Shown: positions 47,985 to 56,710 of the stretch, in pieces
Position numbering within the stretch: position 1 is the first letter of the stretch
Layout: each line of letters opens with the position of its first letter
Source: a virus
Taxonomy: Duplodnaviria; Caudoviricetes
Direction: 5' to 3' (one strand)
DNA: 56,710 nt
IMG/VR virus record: IMGVR_UViG_3300031256_000055
Span: 1 to 56,710 of that record
Notes under the pieces: model-generated
Databases searched by the model: none
Told to the model about the DNA's origin: nothing
The model's input: only the letters and a program-made list of their open reading frames with translations
Made by a program: the position numbers and the translations under genes

Positions 47985-48210
47985 ACGAATATACATTCTC
48001 CACTCCGGATCATAAACATAAAATAACTGTCCGGACAAAATATTACAAAGATGCAGAGGATCAAATGAAAGCCATTAAAAAACGGTGAGGTATTACTGGG
48101 ATTATGAACTGCACAGGCTGGATTGATAATATAGAGATTGAAGAGGAAAAAAATAAACCTGGACAGTTGGATTTATTTTAATTATATTAAATAGATAAGG
48201 AGATTGAGAA

Positions 48211-48609
48211 ATGAAATTAAGAACGCAGGAAGAATTGTTAAAATATCATAAAGAGAATAATGGGCTAATATACGCTATGACAGATATTGATATTATATGC
48301 TTTATGGATTTTGATATAGTCAAACCTTTTTTGAAAGAAGGAACGACAAAAAATACATGGGACAACGGCAGAGAAACTTATACGTTAGAAAACGTTATGA
48401 AAGAAATGAAAGATTATTTAAAATTTGCATTTGAAAAAGCAAATGGCAAGAGGGGACTTTCAGCGGCCAGATCTTTACAGCATTACAAAAATTGGTTTTT
48501 TCTAATTGGCGAAGATGAAATGTGTAAAAATATAAATATAGGGGAATATAATTATGGTTTGTCAAAATTAGAGGAAATCAAGAAATGGTTAGAGGAGATT
48601 AAATCATGA
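48211..48609 (+). CDS. Hypothetical protein
   Basis: 132 aa, AAGGAG SD. Confidence 0.65.
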   Translation: MKLRTQEELLKYHKENNGLIYAMTDIDIICFMDFDIVKPFLKEGTTKNTWDNGRETYTLENVMKEMKDYLKFAFEKANGKRGLSAARSLQHYKNWFFLIGEDEMCKNINIGEYNYGLSKLEEIKKWLEEIKS

Positions 48610-48965
48610 AGAAAGCATATATTAAAATTCACAAAAAAAGGTTATTTCACATAAGTATTATATTGATTTTGTTTTTATTTATAATAATTGGAAGTTTTTA
48701 TTTATGTACAATAGCTAAAAATAAAGTTGGTATATTATTTCTTTTAGCTATTGTTTTTAATGCTGGATGGTATTTACATGAATATAGAATGTGGGTTGAC
48801 AAAAAATATCCTGAAAAAGAAGAGTGTTGTGGAAATTGTTTTTTCCATTACATAGATCCTTATGAGATTCATCGATGTAATGAAAAAAATATGTATAAAC
48901 CATATGTTGATGACCTTGATTATGTATGTAATTATTATAAGAATAAGGATAAACAAGATGAATAA
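48606..48965 (+). CDS. Membrane protein with C-terminal Cys cluster
   Basis: Two TM helices then CCGNC..C..C. Confidence 0.55.
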   Translation: MKKAYIKIHKKRLFHISIILILFLFIIIGSFYLCTIAKNKVGILFLLAIVFNAGWYLHEYRMWVDKKYPEKEECCGNCFFHYIDPYEIHRCNEKNMYKPYVDDLDYVCNYYKNKDKQDE

Positions 48966-49143
48966 AATCGAAATAGATAATAAGATAAAAGAACTTAAAG
49001 AACAACTCTCAGAGGTGGAAGGAACCGAAACGGAAATATACACCCGTATCGTTGGATATTATCGCCCGGTAAAAAACTGGAATAAAGGGCAGGCTGCTCA
49101 ACGATCGCATAGGGTTAATTTTGATATAAAGAAAACAGTTTAA
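48958..49143 (+). CDS. Stand-alone NrdD-type glycyl-radical domain (61 aa)
   Basis: TEIYTRIVGYYRPVKNWNKG matches the class III RNR C-terminal RxxGY motif; ATG 48958 after AAGGA. Confidence 0.85.
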   Translation: MNKIEIDNKIKELKEQLSEVEGTETEIYTRIVGYYRPVKNWNKGQAAQRSHRVNFDIKKTV

Positions 49144-49278
49144 CCCCGTACGTTGTGCGGATAATATATTTTACGATACTCTTTTCCAAGGAGGCTGGTA
49201 TATAAAAATACGTTTGTAGTAGTAGATAAGGTAATCGGTCCGGAGTAGTAGCCGGGCCGGGGTTATAAGGAGGGTTAA

Positions 49279-49500
49279 ATGAAAACAATAGATATTAAGA
49301 TTAGTGAATTGTGTGATGAGATAGATTACTGGAAAGAAAGGTGTTTTGATGCCAGGGAAGAACTTGAAAATATCAAAGCTAAATATCATAAACAAACCAT
49401 AAATTCTATCAAACATAATGAACATATGATGGGTAATTTTTTAAAATTGGCTTTAACTTCGGATTTAACTAAATTACAAAAAGCCTTTAAGGAGGAATAA
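49279..49500 (+). CDS. Small coiled-coil hypothetical protein
   Basis: 73 aa, AAGGAGG SD. Confidence 0.6.
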   Translation: MKTIDIKISELCDEIDYWKERCFDAREELENIKAKYHKQTINSIKHNEHMMGNFLKLALTSDLTKLQKAFKEE

Positions 49501-49890
49501 ATGGACTTCAAAAACGATTTAAATCATGTGATATTAACCGGGCGATTGACCAGAGACCCGGAATTAAAGTATACGAATTCCGGTATGGCTACATGTCAAT
49601 TCGACATAGCGGTTAACAAGAAGTACAAAAAAGATAATGAAGAAATAAAAAAGGTGTTATACGTTACCATAAAAACCTGGGGAAAATCCGCCGAAAATTT
49701 CAACCAATATAAAAAGAAAGGTGATATAATCCGGGTTATAGGTGAACTTGATTGCTCAATCTGGAAAGACGACCAGGATAAAAACCACCGGAAAGATTTT
49801 GTGAATGCGGTAACGATTGAATACGGATACTCCGATAAAAAACAGGATGGATCCGGAGTTGATATATCGGATGATGATATACCATTTTAA
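49501..49890 (+). CDS. ssb: Single-stranded DNA-binding protein
   Basis: LNHVILTGRLTRDPELKYT..FDIAVN..KKGD..; C-terminal DDDIPF. Confidence 0.95.
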   Translation: MDFKNDLNHVILTGRLTRDPELKYTNSGMATCQFDIAVNKKYKKDNEEIKKVLYVTIKTWGKSAENFNQYKKKGDIIRVIGELDCSIWKDDQDKNHRKDFVNAVTIEYGYSDKKQDGSGVDISDDDIPF

Positions 49891-50020
49891 CCCCAGGTTA
49901 ACCTAAGGTAAAACTAAGGTTTGTTATGCTTGACTTTATGAAGTTATTTTATTATGTTTGTTGTAATGAAAACAGACCGGATTAAATTGACCGGCGGAAA
50001 GCATTAGGAGAGACGCAGGT

Positions 50021-50078
50021 TTGAAACTGCATGAGGGGGGAGTTCGATGGCATGATCCTTTAACCCCTCATTTTTTTT
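50021..50078 (+). terminator. Terminator-like hairpin
   Basis: ATGAGGGG...CCCCTCAT followed by a T run. Confidence 0.6.
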
Positions 50079-50187
50079 ATTCAGCCACGTGAATAACGGT
50101 TATTATTGGGTTTTTGTGGGGTTTAACCCGGGTTCGTGGCTGGCTCGGGGCCCTGCAAAAACCTTTTTTATTGTAAGGAGTGAATTG

Positions 50188-50673
50188 TTGAATATTGATT
50201 CTGATTTTTTGAAAACAAAACTTTTATTTTATTGGCGATTTAAACGCGGATATTATTATTGTGCAACGGAAGTGAATACAGGGAAAGAAATTGCAGATGT
50301 GATGTTATGTAATGATAAGGAAATAATTGAAATTGAGGTAAAAATAACATTCAGTGATTTTATAGCTGATTTTAAAAAACCTAAACATTATATACATCAA
50401 GCAAACAAAAGAGAATATCATTATTTAAAATCAAACAAATTCTTCTTTTGTGTTCATCCTGATATATCAGATAGATGTAAAACATATTTAGATGAAAATA
50501 ATTATCAATATGGATTAATTACTTTTAGAGGAAAATTGATTATATTAAAATCATGTAGAAAATTAAAAAAAATAGATACCCGTGAATTTAATTTTGTAAA
50601 AAATGAAATAATTAGAAGGGCTACGAGTGAATTAGTAAATCTAAGGGAGGCAAAAACATGTCAGCTGAAATAA
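50188..50673 (+). CDS. MmcB-like PD-(D/E)XK nuclease (start revised to TTG 50188)
   Basis: ATEV..IADV..IEIEVKITFSDFIADFKK..NKFFFCV..YGLI; AAGGAG SD 7 nt before TTG. Confidence 0.7.
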   Translation: MNIDSDFLKTKLLFYWRFKRGYYYCATEVNTGKEIADVMLCNDKEIIEIEVKITFSDFIADFKKPKHYIHQANKREYHYLKSNKFFFCVHPDISDRCKTYLDENNYQYGLITFRGKLIILKSCRKLKKIDTREFNFVKNEIIRRATSELVNLREAKTCQLK

Positions 50674-50818
50674 TAGAAATGATAAATGAATTGCGATCCC
50701 GAATTGATTCATTACAACAAGCCTTGATTGAAGAACGCAAATTAAGTTTCGACTTAGCTAAAGAAATTGAACGGCTCAACCGGATTATAGCAGAAAATAA
50801 TGACAAGGATGATGGAAA

Positions 50819-53372
50819 ATGAATTTAAATAAAGAAGAAAAACATATATTATTACATACTTTGGGATTATCAAATATCAGGTGGTACGATAAAGATAAAA
50901 TAAAAAATCCATACCGGAATAGATTTTACACCTCAGAAAATACAACAGATTACCCGATTATAAAAAGCTTAATTGATAAAGATTTAATGCAAGATACGGG
51001 GAAAGGGTGTGGAAATAATGACCAATCGAATTGTCGGTATTTTTTTGCTACTTTGAAAGGAATTGAAACTGCTCAAAGAATAGTGCTTGAGTCTATACCT
51101 AAACTATCCAGGTCAAAAAAAAGATATCAATTATATTTACACATGGAAGTAGATGAACCTTTTATAAACTGGTTAAAAAATCCGTATTGGGATGATTGTC
51201 GAAAACGGAACGGAGTGTGAAATGAAAATCTCTAAAAATATAAGGATAGCACAAGAAATTATTATTTGCTGCAAATGTAAAAAAGGAATTCATATTGGTG
51301 AAGCGTACTGGGTTCATGGCAAGCTATCACTACATATTTTATGCAAACAAAAAAACAGTGATTATCAATATAAATCCGGCGATAAAGTCAAGGTTGAGAT
51401 TTTCCCTGGGAATTGGATTTCAGGGGTTTTCCAGTCTTACGTTCCGGTATCGCTTAAGGAAAATCATTATTATAATATAAGTCTTAATCTCGGGGATGGG
51501 AAGTATAAGATTCAATCATCCCCCGAGAAAGTGAAGAAGGTAAAATGAAAGAAGTTGAATGTCTTAATTGTTCAAATAGAATAAAGAAAACACAAGGTTA
51601 TTTCTCAACTCTTATTGAGTGGTGCTCAAGAGCAAGAAGGCCTATTACTGACTTGGGGGAATGTCCTTTAAAGAAAAAGGATATTAAATCAATTATAAAA
51701 TATAATATTCAGAATGCTAAAAATTTTTTAATGGAAACTTCTTCCTTGCCTATGGGGATGAAAACCCATGATATAATATCCAATAGAGCAAAATTAGAAT
51801 ATTGCTTAAAAAAGTTTAGAATTTCTAAAGTTAAAAGTTTGAACGATGATAATTTTAAAGAAATATTACGTTATGTAATTTTAATAAAATCTTTCTATTT
51901 TGATATTATGAAAACAAAAGGAAGGTAAACCTATGATAACAGATAAAACCCGTGAAAAATGGGATGAAAAAATTGATAGTATTTTTACTTGTTTAGTTGC
52001 TGGAAACATTTCTTGTACAGATTGGGAAATAGAATTTATTGATTCGATTTTCGAGAAACGAGAAAAGGGAATTGATTTATCATATCGACAATCTAAAACA
52101 TTAAATAAAATATTTGGAAAAATTAAGTAAGGAGAAAAAGCTGTGAAAACAAAATATAAATATATCGAAATGCAAAAAATGGAAACTATTGATAAAAATA
52201 GAAAAACTGATATTTATATAATTAAAAATATAAAATCACAATCAGGAATTGGAAAAATAAAATGGAATCCAGGTTGGCGTCAATATTGTTTTTTCCCGGA
52301 TAATGAAACTGTTTTTTCACAAGGATGTCTTGATGATATAGGAGATTTTTTATGGCAATTAAAACAAGAAAAATCAAGTAAGGAGAAAGGCGATGGATAA
52401 TTGTGTAAAAAAATTTGATGATATATGTAATTTGTTAAAATCAATTTCTACTGTTACCATATGGCCATTCATATGTATAAGAGATATATGTTTTGAAATT
52501 AAATGTATTCCAAATATTGTTTTTAAAATAACATATTATAAAAATATTTCTACATTATATTTATACACAAAAGACAAAAAATCTATCATTAATAAAATAT
52601 ATCACTTAGAATTCAAATTTAACAAAATGGAATTAAGTTCTACATGGCCCAATAGTCATAAATTAGATTTAATGTTATATAGAGAAGACAATCTTGTTTC
52701 TGTTATTGGTGTTGAATTATAACTAAAACGATAAGGAGAAAACCGATGTATAAAATGCCTAAATTAGCAATAATTACAATTTTAATTTTATTGATAGGCT
52801 TGAATTTTTGTGTAGTATATTTAATTTGGATTGTTTCACAAAGGAATCAAATCTTAACCATCGATCAAGACCAATATATTATAATATTTTTTATTATTTC
52901 AATTTTTTCGTTTGTTTCAGGCATCCTGTTTTTAGCCGGTCAAAAATCCTGGACCATGGAAAACTTGTGTAGTCGGATAGAAAACTCCCGGACTATAAAC
53001 AATTGTATCCTATTACTTGATCAACGTAAAAAGGAAATTGACGATGGTATACCTGACTTTGTAGAAGTCAAAATTGTTACGCCCTCAAAAAATAAACTAT
53101 AAAGGAGTAGACCCATGGAAAATATAAATAATAATTTAATCTGTTTATTAAAGGCTTACCCGAATGCTAAAATATACACCCTAACTCATGCTGAGGTTGT
53201 GTGTGATGATTATGGGTATTGGCAAGGGAAAATTGAAAAAGTTTATTATGGTAAATTCTGGAATGATGATTGTAATTTATTTTTGAACGAGAAAGATGCC
53301 TTGAATTATCAGGAAGAATATAATTATAAAATGGAAGAAATTGTAGGCATTATAATTTTAATCAATAATTAA
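50819..53372 (+). other. Run of small hypothetical genes (50819, about 51222, 51545, 51933, 52143, 52393, 52746 two-TM, 53115)
   Basis: Closely packed ORFs, most with AAGGAG-type SDs; no confident family. Confidence 0.55.
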
Positions 53373-53383
53373 AACAGGAAACC

Positions 53384-55678
53384 ATGAAATATAAGCCGAT
53401 AATAAATCCAAAACTTCCACCATTCAAGGATGAAGACTATAAAAAACTCGGGGAATTTAAAAAAGCATATAAGTATACAAACGAATTGGGCGAATGGATT
53501 TATTGTACTGCTTGTTACTTGTTAGATGGTAAACGTAATTATCATAAATTTATATACAACGAAAAAGAAAATGAATGGTCCCGGGAAGTTAATATAAAAA
53601 ATAATGTATTGTATAATCTGGATAAAATATACAAATATCATGGTCGTGATATAGTAATGGTCGATGAAGAATCCAGTATTTCAATATTAGAAGAATCTAA
53701 CCCTGATGATTTTATTTTTACCACTTACACCGGAACACCGGCAGACATAGAAACGACCGATTTAAAACCGTTATTGAATCGTGAAGTTTTTTATTGGTCT
53801 GGGTCATGGATGATCTCAAAGGCTATAAGAAAGTACATAAAATTAAAAATGAAACATTTCATTATTGTCGAACCATTGATTGATCGGCAGGGATGGAATA
53901 TAACCGATGATTTAAAAGCGATTGGGTTTGAGCCAGAGCAAATAAAGAAATACATATACAATATACAAGATACCATCGAAGATAATGAAGAGTTAAAAGA
54001 AAAAGATAAAAAGAAAACAATTGAAGAGATGGAATTTCCGTTTCAATTGTTAGGGTATGGTCAAGGGTATATGTACATTCTCCCTGGGGAAACAGGACAA
54101 ATATTAAAAATTAAACAGGGGACGTTAAATATGAACCATTTAAAAGCTATAGCGCCTTTGGAATTCTGGCAACAATATGCGGGTTTCCCTTGTAAAACAG
54201 GTGTGCGTGTTGCCTGGGATATAGCTATTGACGATGTTATACGCAAATGTTACGCTATGGGACCATTCGACAAACAAAAGATACGGGGCCGGGGTGCTTG
54301 GCTTAATGAAGAAAATAATAATTTGATTATTCATACCGGTAAATATTTGATAGAACAGAATAAAAAAGTCGATGTGAGAAAGTATCAAATGAATGGATAC
54401 GTTTATGAGCGACTCCCGGAATTAAAATTATCAATAAAAAATGAAATGATAGAAGAAGCTGACCTAAAATTGATAATTGAATGTTTTGGGTATCTGGCGA
54501 TTGAAACAAAACTACAATTAAACTTGCTTATAGGATGGTGCGTGTTAGCTCCGTTTTGTGGTGCGTTAACTTGGCGGCCTCACATATGGGTAACGGGTGG
54601 AGCCGGGACGGGTAAATCTACTATTATTCAAAAAATCATATGGAAAATGCTTGGACCCTTCAAAGTATGCCCGAAAGGTGACAGTAGCGCCGCTGGAATT
54701 TTCCAGTATCAAACTAATGATTCATTGGCAATATGCTATGATGAGGCAGAAGCGAGTACAAATAAAATAGATAATATAAGGGCTATCCTGGATATAGCCA
54801 GGGCAGCGTCAAGTTCCGGGGGTGAAGAAAAATTATTAAAAGGAACATCCGATCAAACTGGTAAAGTATATGAGACAAACTCTATGTTTTGTCTTGGATC
54901 GGTTCATACCTTGTTGACTCAAAAAAGCGATACCCGGAGATTTTCTGTAATAAATTTAGAGAAGAATAATAGAATAGCCTGGAAGGATTTATCACCGAAA
55001 ATATTAAAAGCTTTCTCCACGGAAAATTGCGAAAAAATAAGATCATATATATATCATAATTGGCATATTGTAATTAAAAATATCGAAAATTTTAGTAATG
55101 CAGCCGGAACATATCTCAACGAAATGGGGTTAGGAGATCAAATAGGGACATTACTTGCCGGGTCTGCATCCTTGCTTAATATGAAAGAATATGATTATGA
55201 AACCTGCTATGAAATATGTAAAAAATATTTAGAAGATTTCAATACTGAAAGTGACCAGGTAACCGACGAATTAGAATGTCTAATAAAAATAATGACATCA
55301 AAAATAAGATATATAAATAATGCAGACCGGAACGAAGAAACCACCTTATTGAATCTTATAAATATGGCCGCTGGAAAAGCTGAGTATGAAACCGTTAACG
55401 GTAGGGCAAAACGGGAATTGTATAAATATGGTATCAACTATAGCGAAAAAAATGAAATGATATACATTGCAATAAATTATCAATGGATAAAGGATATATT
55501 AAAAAATACACCTTGGGTGCACAACTATCATAAAATATTGATGAGACTTGATATAGTGGAAGATAAAACCGTTACGAGTGGGTTTGGGTCATATTATAAT
55601 GGTAGAGCTATCGCTATCAAGGCGGAATATATTTTTAGATTGTCTGATGATCAAATATTTATGGAAGCGGGGTTTTGA
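53384..55678 (+). CDS. Primase-helicase-like replication protein (degenerate TOPRIM-like N-domain plus P-loop ATPase)
   Basis: YKYTNELG..LYNL N-region; IRGRGAW; WRPHIWVTGGAGTGKST Walker A; ICYDEAE Walker B; DTRRF. Confidence 0.75.
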   Translation: MKYKPIINPKLPPFKDEDYKKLGEFKKAYKYTNELGEWIYCTACYLLDGKRNYHKFIYNEKENEWSREVNIKNNVLYNLDKIYKYHGRDIVMVDEESSISILEESNPDDFIFTTYTGTPADIETTDLKPLLNREVFYWSGSWMISKAIRKYIKLKMKHFIIVEPLIDRQGWNITDDLKAIGFEPEQIKKYIYNIQDTIEDNEELKEKDKKKTIEEMEFPFQLLGYGQGYMYILPGETGQILKIKQGTLNMNHLKAIAPLEFWQQYAGFPCKTGVRVAWDIAIDDVIRKCYAMGPFDKQKIRGRGAWLNEENNNLIIHTGKYLIEQNKKVDVRKYQMNGYVYERLPELKLSIKNEMIEEADLKLIIECFGYLAIETKLQLNLLIGWCVLAPFCGALTWRPHIWVTGGAGTGKSTIIQKIIWKMLGPFKVCPKGDSSAAGIFQYQTNDSLAICYDEAEASTNKIDNIRAILDIARAASSSGGEEKLLKGTSDQTGKVYETNSMFCLGSVHTLLTQKSDTRRFSVINLEKNNRIAWKDLSPKILKAFSTENCEKIRSYIYHNWHIVIKNIENFSNAAGTYLNEMGLGDQIGTLLAGSASLLNMKEYDYETCYEICKKYLEDFNTESDQVTDELECLIKIMTSKIRYINNADRNEETTLLNLINMAAGKAEYETVNGRAKRELYKYGINYSEKNEMIYIAINYQWIKDILKNTPWVHNYHKILMRLDIVEDKTVTSGFGSYYNGRAIAIKAEYIFRLSDDQIFMEAGF

Positions 55679-55681
55679 GGT

Positions 55682-55900
55682 ATGGAGCAAGAACTATTCC
55701 CAGAAACCGAATATATAAATCAAGATATCCTTCGTTCATATTGGTGGTGGCGTAAAATATTTGGACATGAAAATTCTATAGACATGATGTGTCATGTTGC
55801 TTCCCGTAAAAATGCCAAAGAATGGATACAAGTAATAAAAAGCCAGTGCAAGATTATATATGATAAGAATATAAAATACAAACGGGTAAAAAAGAAATGA
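55682..55900 (+). CDS. Hypothetical protein
   Basis: 72 aa between the primase-helicase and the SF2 helicase. Confidence 0.55.
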   Translation: MEQELFPETEYINQDILRSYWWWRKIFGHENSIDMMCHVASRKNAKEWIQVIKSQCKIIYDKNIKYKRVKKK

Positions 55901-56710
55901 TATACGAACCACGTGACTATCAATATAAAGATATAGCGAAAATACGAGATACGTACAAAGCCGGATCAAAGGCGACTATTTACGTGTCTCATACGGGAAG
56001 CGGTAAAACTATAGTTTTTTCATATATCACCGAACGGCTATATCAGAATAAACAAAAAATATTAATCTGTACTCATCGTGATAATATACTGCAAGAAACA
56101 TCAAAAAAGTTAACGGCTATAGGATTGAAACACGGTATTATTGCCCCCGGGTATCCTTTGGTTAGATATCAAATACAACTTGCAAGTATTCAGACATTAG
56201 TTAGACGGTTGAATCAATGGAACTTCGACTGGTTTGACTGGATGATCTTCGATGAGTGTTTTGTAAAAGGCACAAAAATATTAACTGAAAATGGAAATAA
56301 AAATATAGAAAATATAAAACCAGAGGAGACGGTTTATACTGTAAATGAAAAAACAAAGCAAATTGAAATAAAAAAAGTTAAGAGACTAATAAAAAAGAAA
56401 AGAATAAAAAATCTTGTAAAAATAAATAATATCTTATGTACTGAAAATCACAAAATATATACACAAAGAGGCTGGATTGAAGCAAAAAATATAAAAAAAG
56501 GTGTTGACATGGTGGCTACCATCATGTATAATGATAGACATGAAACAAATAATAATGAATTGCACAATATGCGGAAAGGAAATTATCCTTACGAAACACA
56601 AAAGGTTAAGTTTTTTAAAAACGGGAAGAGGTTATTGCTCAAAAAAATGTTCAAACGCTTACAGAGCGAAAATTTCTTCAATAACCATGTCAAGAACAAA
56701 CAAGAAATAT
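55897..56710 (+). CDS. SF2 DExH helicase, 5' part (N-extein plus intein N-terminal domain); continues across the join to 1682
   Basis: ATG 55897 overlaps the upstream stop (ATGA). Hand translation gives Q-motif PRDYQ, Walker A HTGSGKT, ASIQTL and MIFDE|CFVKGT. Missing from the ORF track because it runs off the end. Confidence 0.95.
   Translation, partial: MIYEPRDYQYKDIAKIRDTYKAGSKATIYVSHTGSGKTIVFSYITERLYQNKQKILICTHRDNILQETSKKLTAIGLKHGIIAPGYPLVRYQIQLASIQTLVRRLNQWNFDWFDWMIFDECFVKGTKILTENGNKNIENIKPEETVYTVNEKTKQIEIKKVKRLIKKKRIKNLVKINNILCTENHKIYTQRGWIEAKNIKKGVDMVATIMYNDRHETNNNELHNMRKGNYPYETQKVKFFKNGKRLLLKKMFKRLQSENFFNNHVKNKQEI
56504..56532 (+). promoter_or_regulatory. Consensus sigma70 promoter inside the intein, pointing at the endonuclease ORF
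   Basis: TTGACA 56504-09, 17-nt spacer, TATAAT 56527-32; 7 nt later the ATG at 56540 (= position 10). Confidence 0.85.
56531..56710. repeat. Terminal direct repeat, right copy; unit genome length 56,530 bp
   Basis: Direct base comparison with 1-180. Confidence 0.97.

Larger units (their letters stand above)
56257..56710 (+). mobile_element. Intein, N-terminal splicing region (Cys1 at 56257)
   Basis: Block A CFVKGTKILTENG directly after helicase DE; block B CTENHKIY (TxxH); RGWIEAKNIKKG. Confidence 0.95.

Noticed and set aside
56531-56710. Physical direct terminal repeat of the virion DNA
   Set aside because: It falls mid-gene and the PBSX/SPP1-like terminase suggests headful packaging; an assembly overlap is more likely
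1-56710. Stop-codon reassignment
   Set aside because: Conserved genes are full length in the standard code and TAA, TAG and TGA all occur as genuine stops

Overview
The window is a complete, circularly closed, AT-rich tailed-phage genome of about 56,530 bp, siphovirus-like. Bases 56531-56710 repeat bases 1-180 with one mismatch. The minus strand carries the packaging, head, tail and lysis genes, split by a plus-strand early island at 32.3-36.9 kb. The plus strand carries replication and recombination genes: a primase-helicase-like protein, an SF2 helicase, a VRR-NUC nuclease, a fused SbcD-SbcC and SSB. I found no integrase, DNA polymerase or CRISPR array. Three observations stand out. (1) The SF2 helicase spans the contig join and holds a 312-aa intein inside its DE/CH motif. 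A DUF559/Vsr-like endonuclease is encoded in the +1 frame inside that intein, behind its own perfect TTGACA-N17-TATAAT promoter placed for leaderless translation. (2) A multi-hairpin intergenic RNA at 35270-35425 can form 26 contiguous base pairs (all five differences G-U compatible) with the whole predicted 5' UTR and Shine-Dalgarno (SD) of the head operon. It also matches a second late-gene SD, so it is a candidate trans-acting antisense repressor of late genes. (3) Three paralogous glycosyltransferases and two SAM methyltransferases sit right after the major capsid gene, and both the capsid and the tail-tube protein end in an acidic tripeptide plus Thr, suggesting a virion glycosylation system. 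Also present: an operator palindrome in early promoter spacers, a 135-nt tRNA-like RNA, a stand-alone NrdD glycyl-radical domain, an ibrA/ibrB-like pair, overlapping spanin-like genes and an iteron-like origin. All family calls come from reading motifs by eye; no database search was run.
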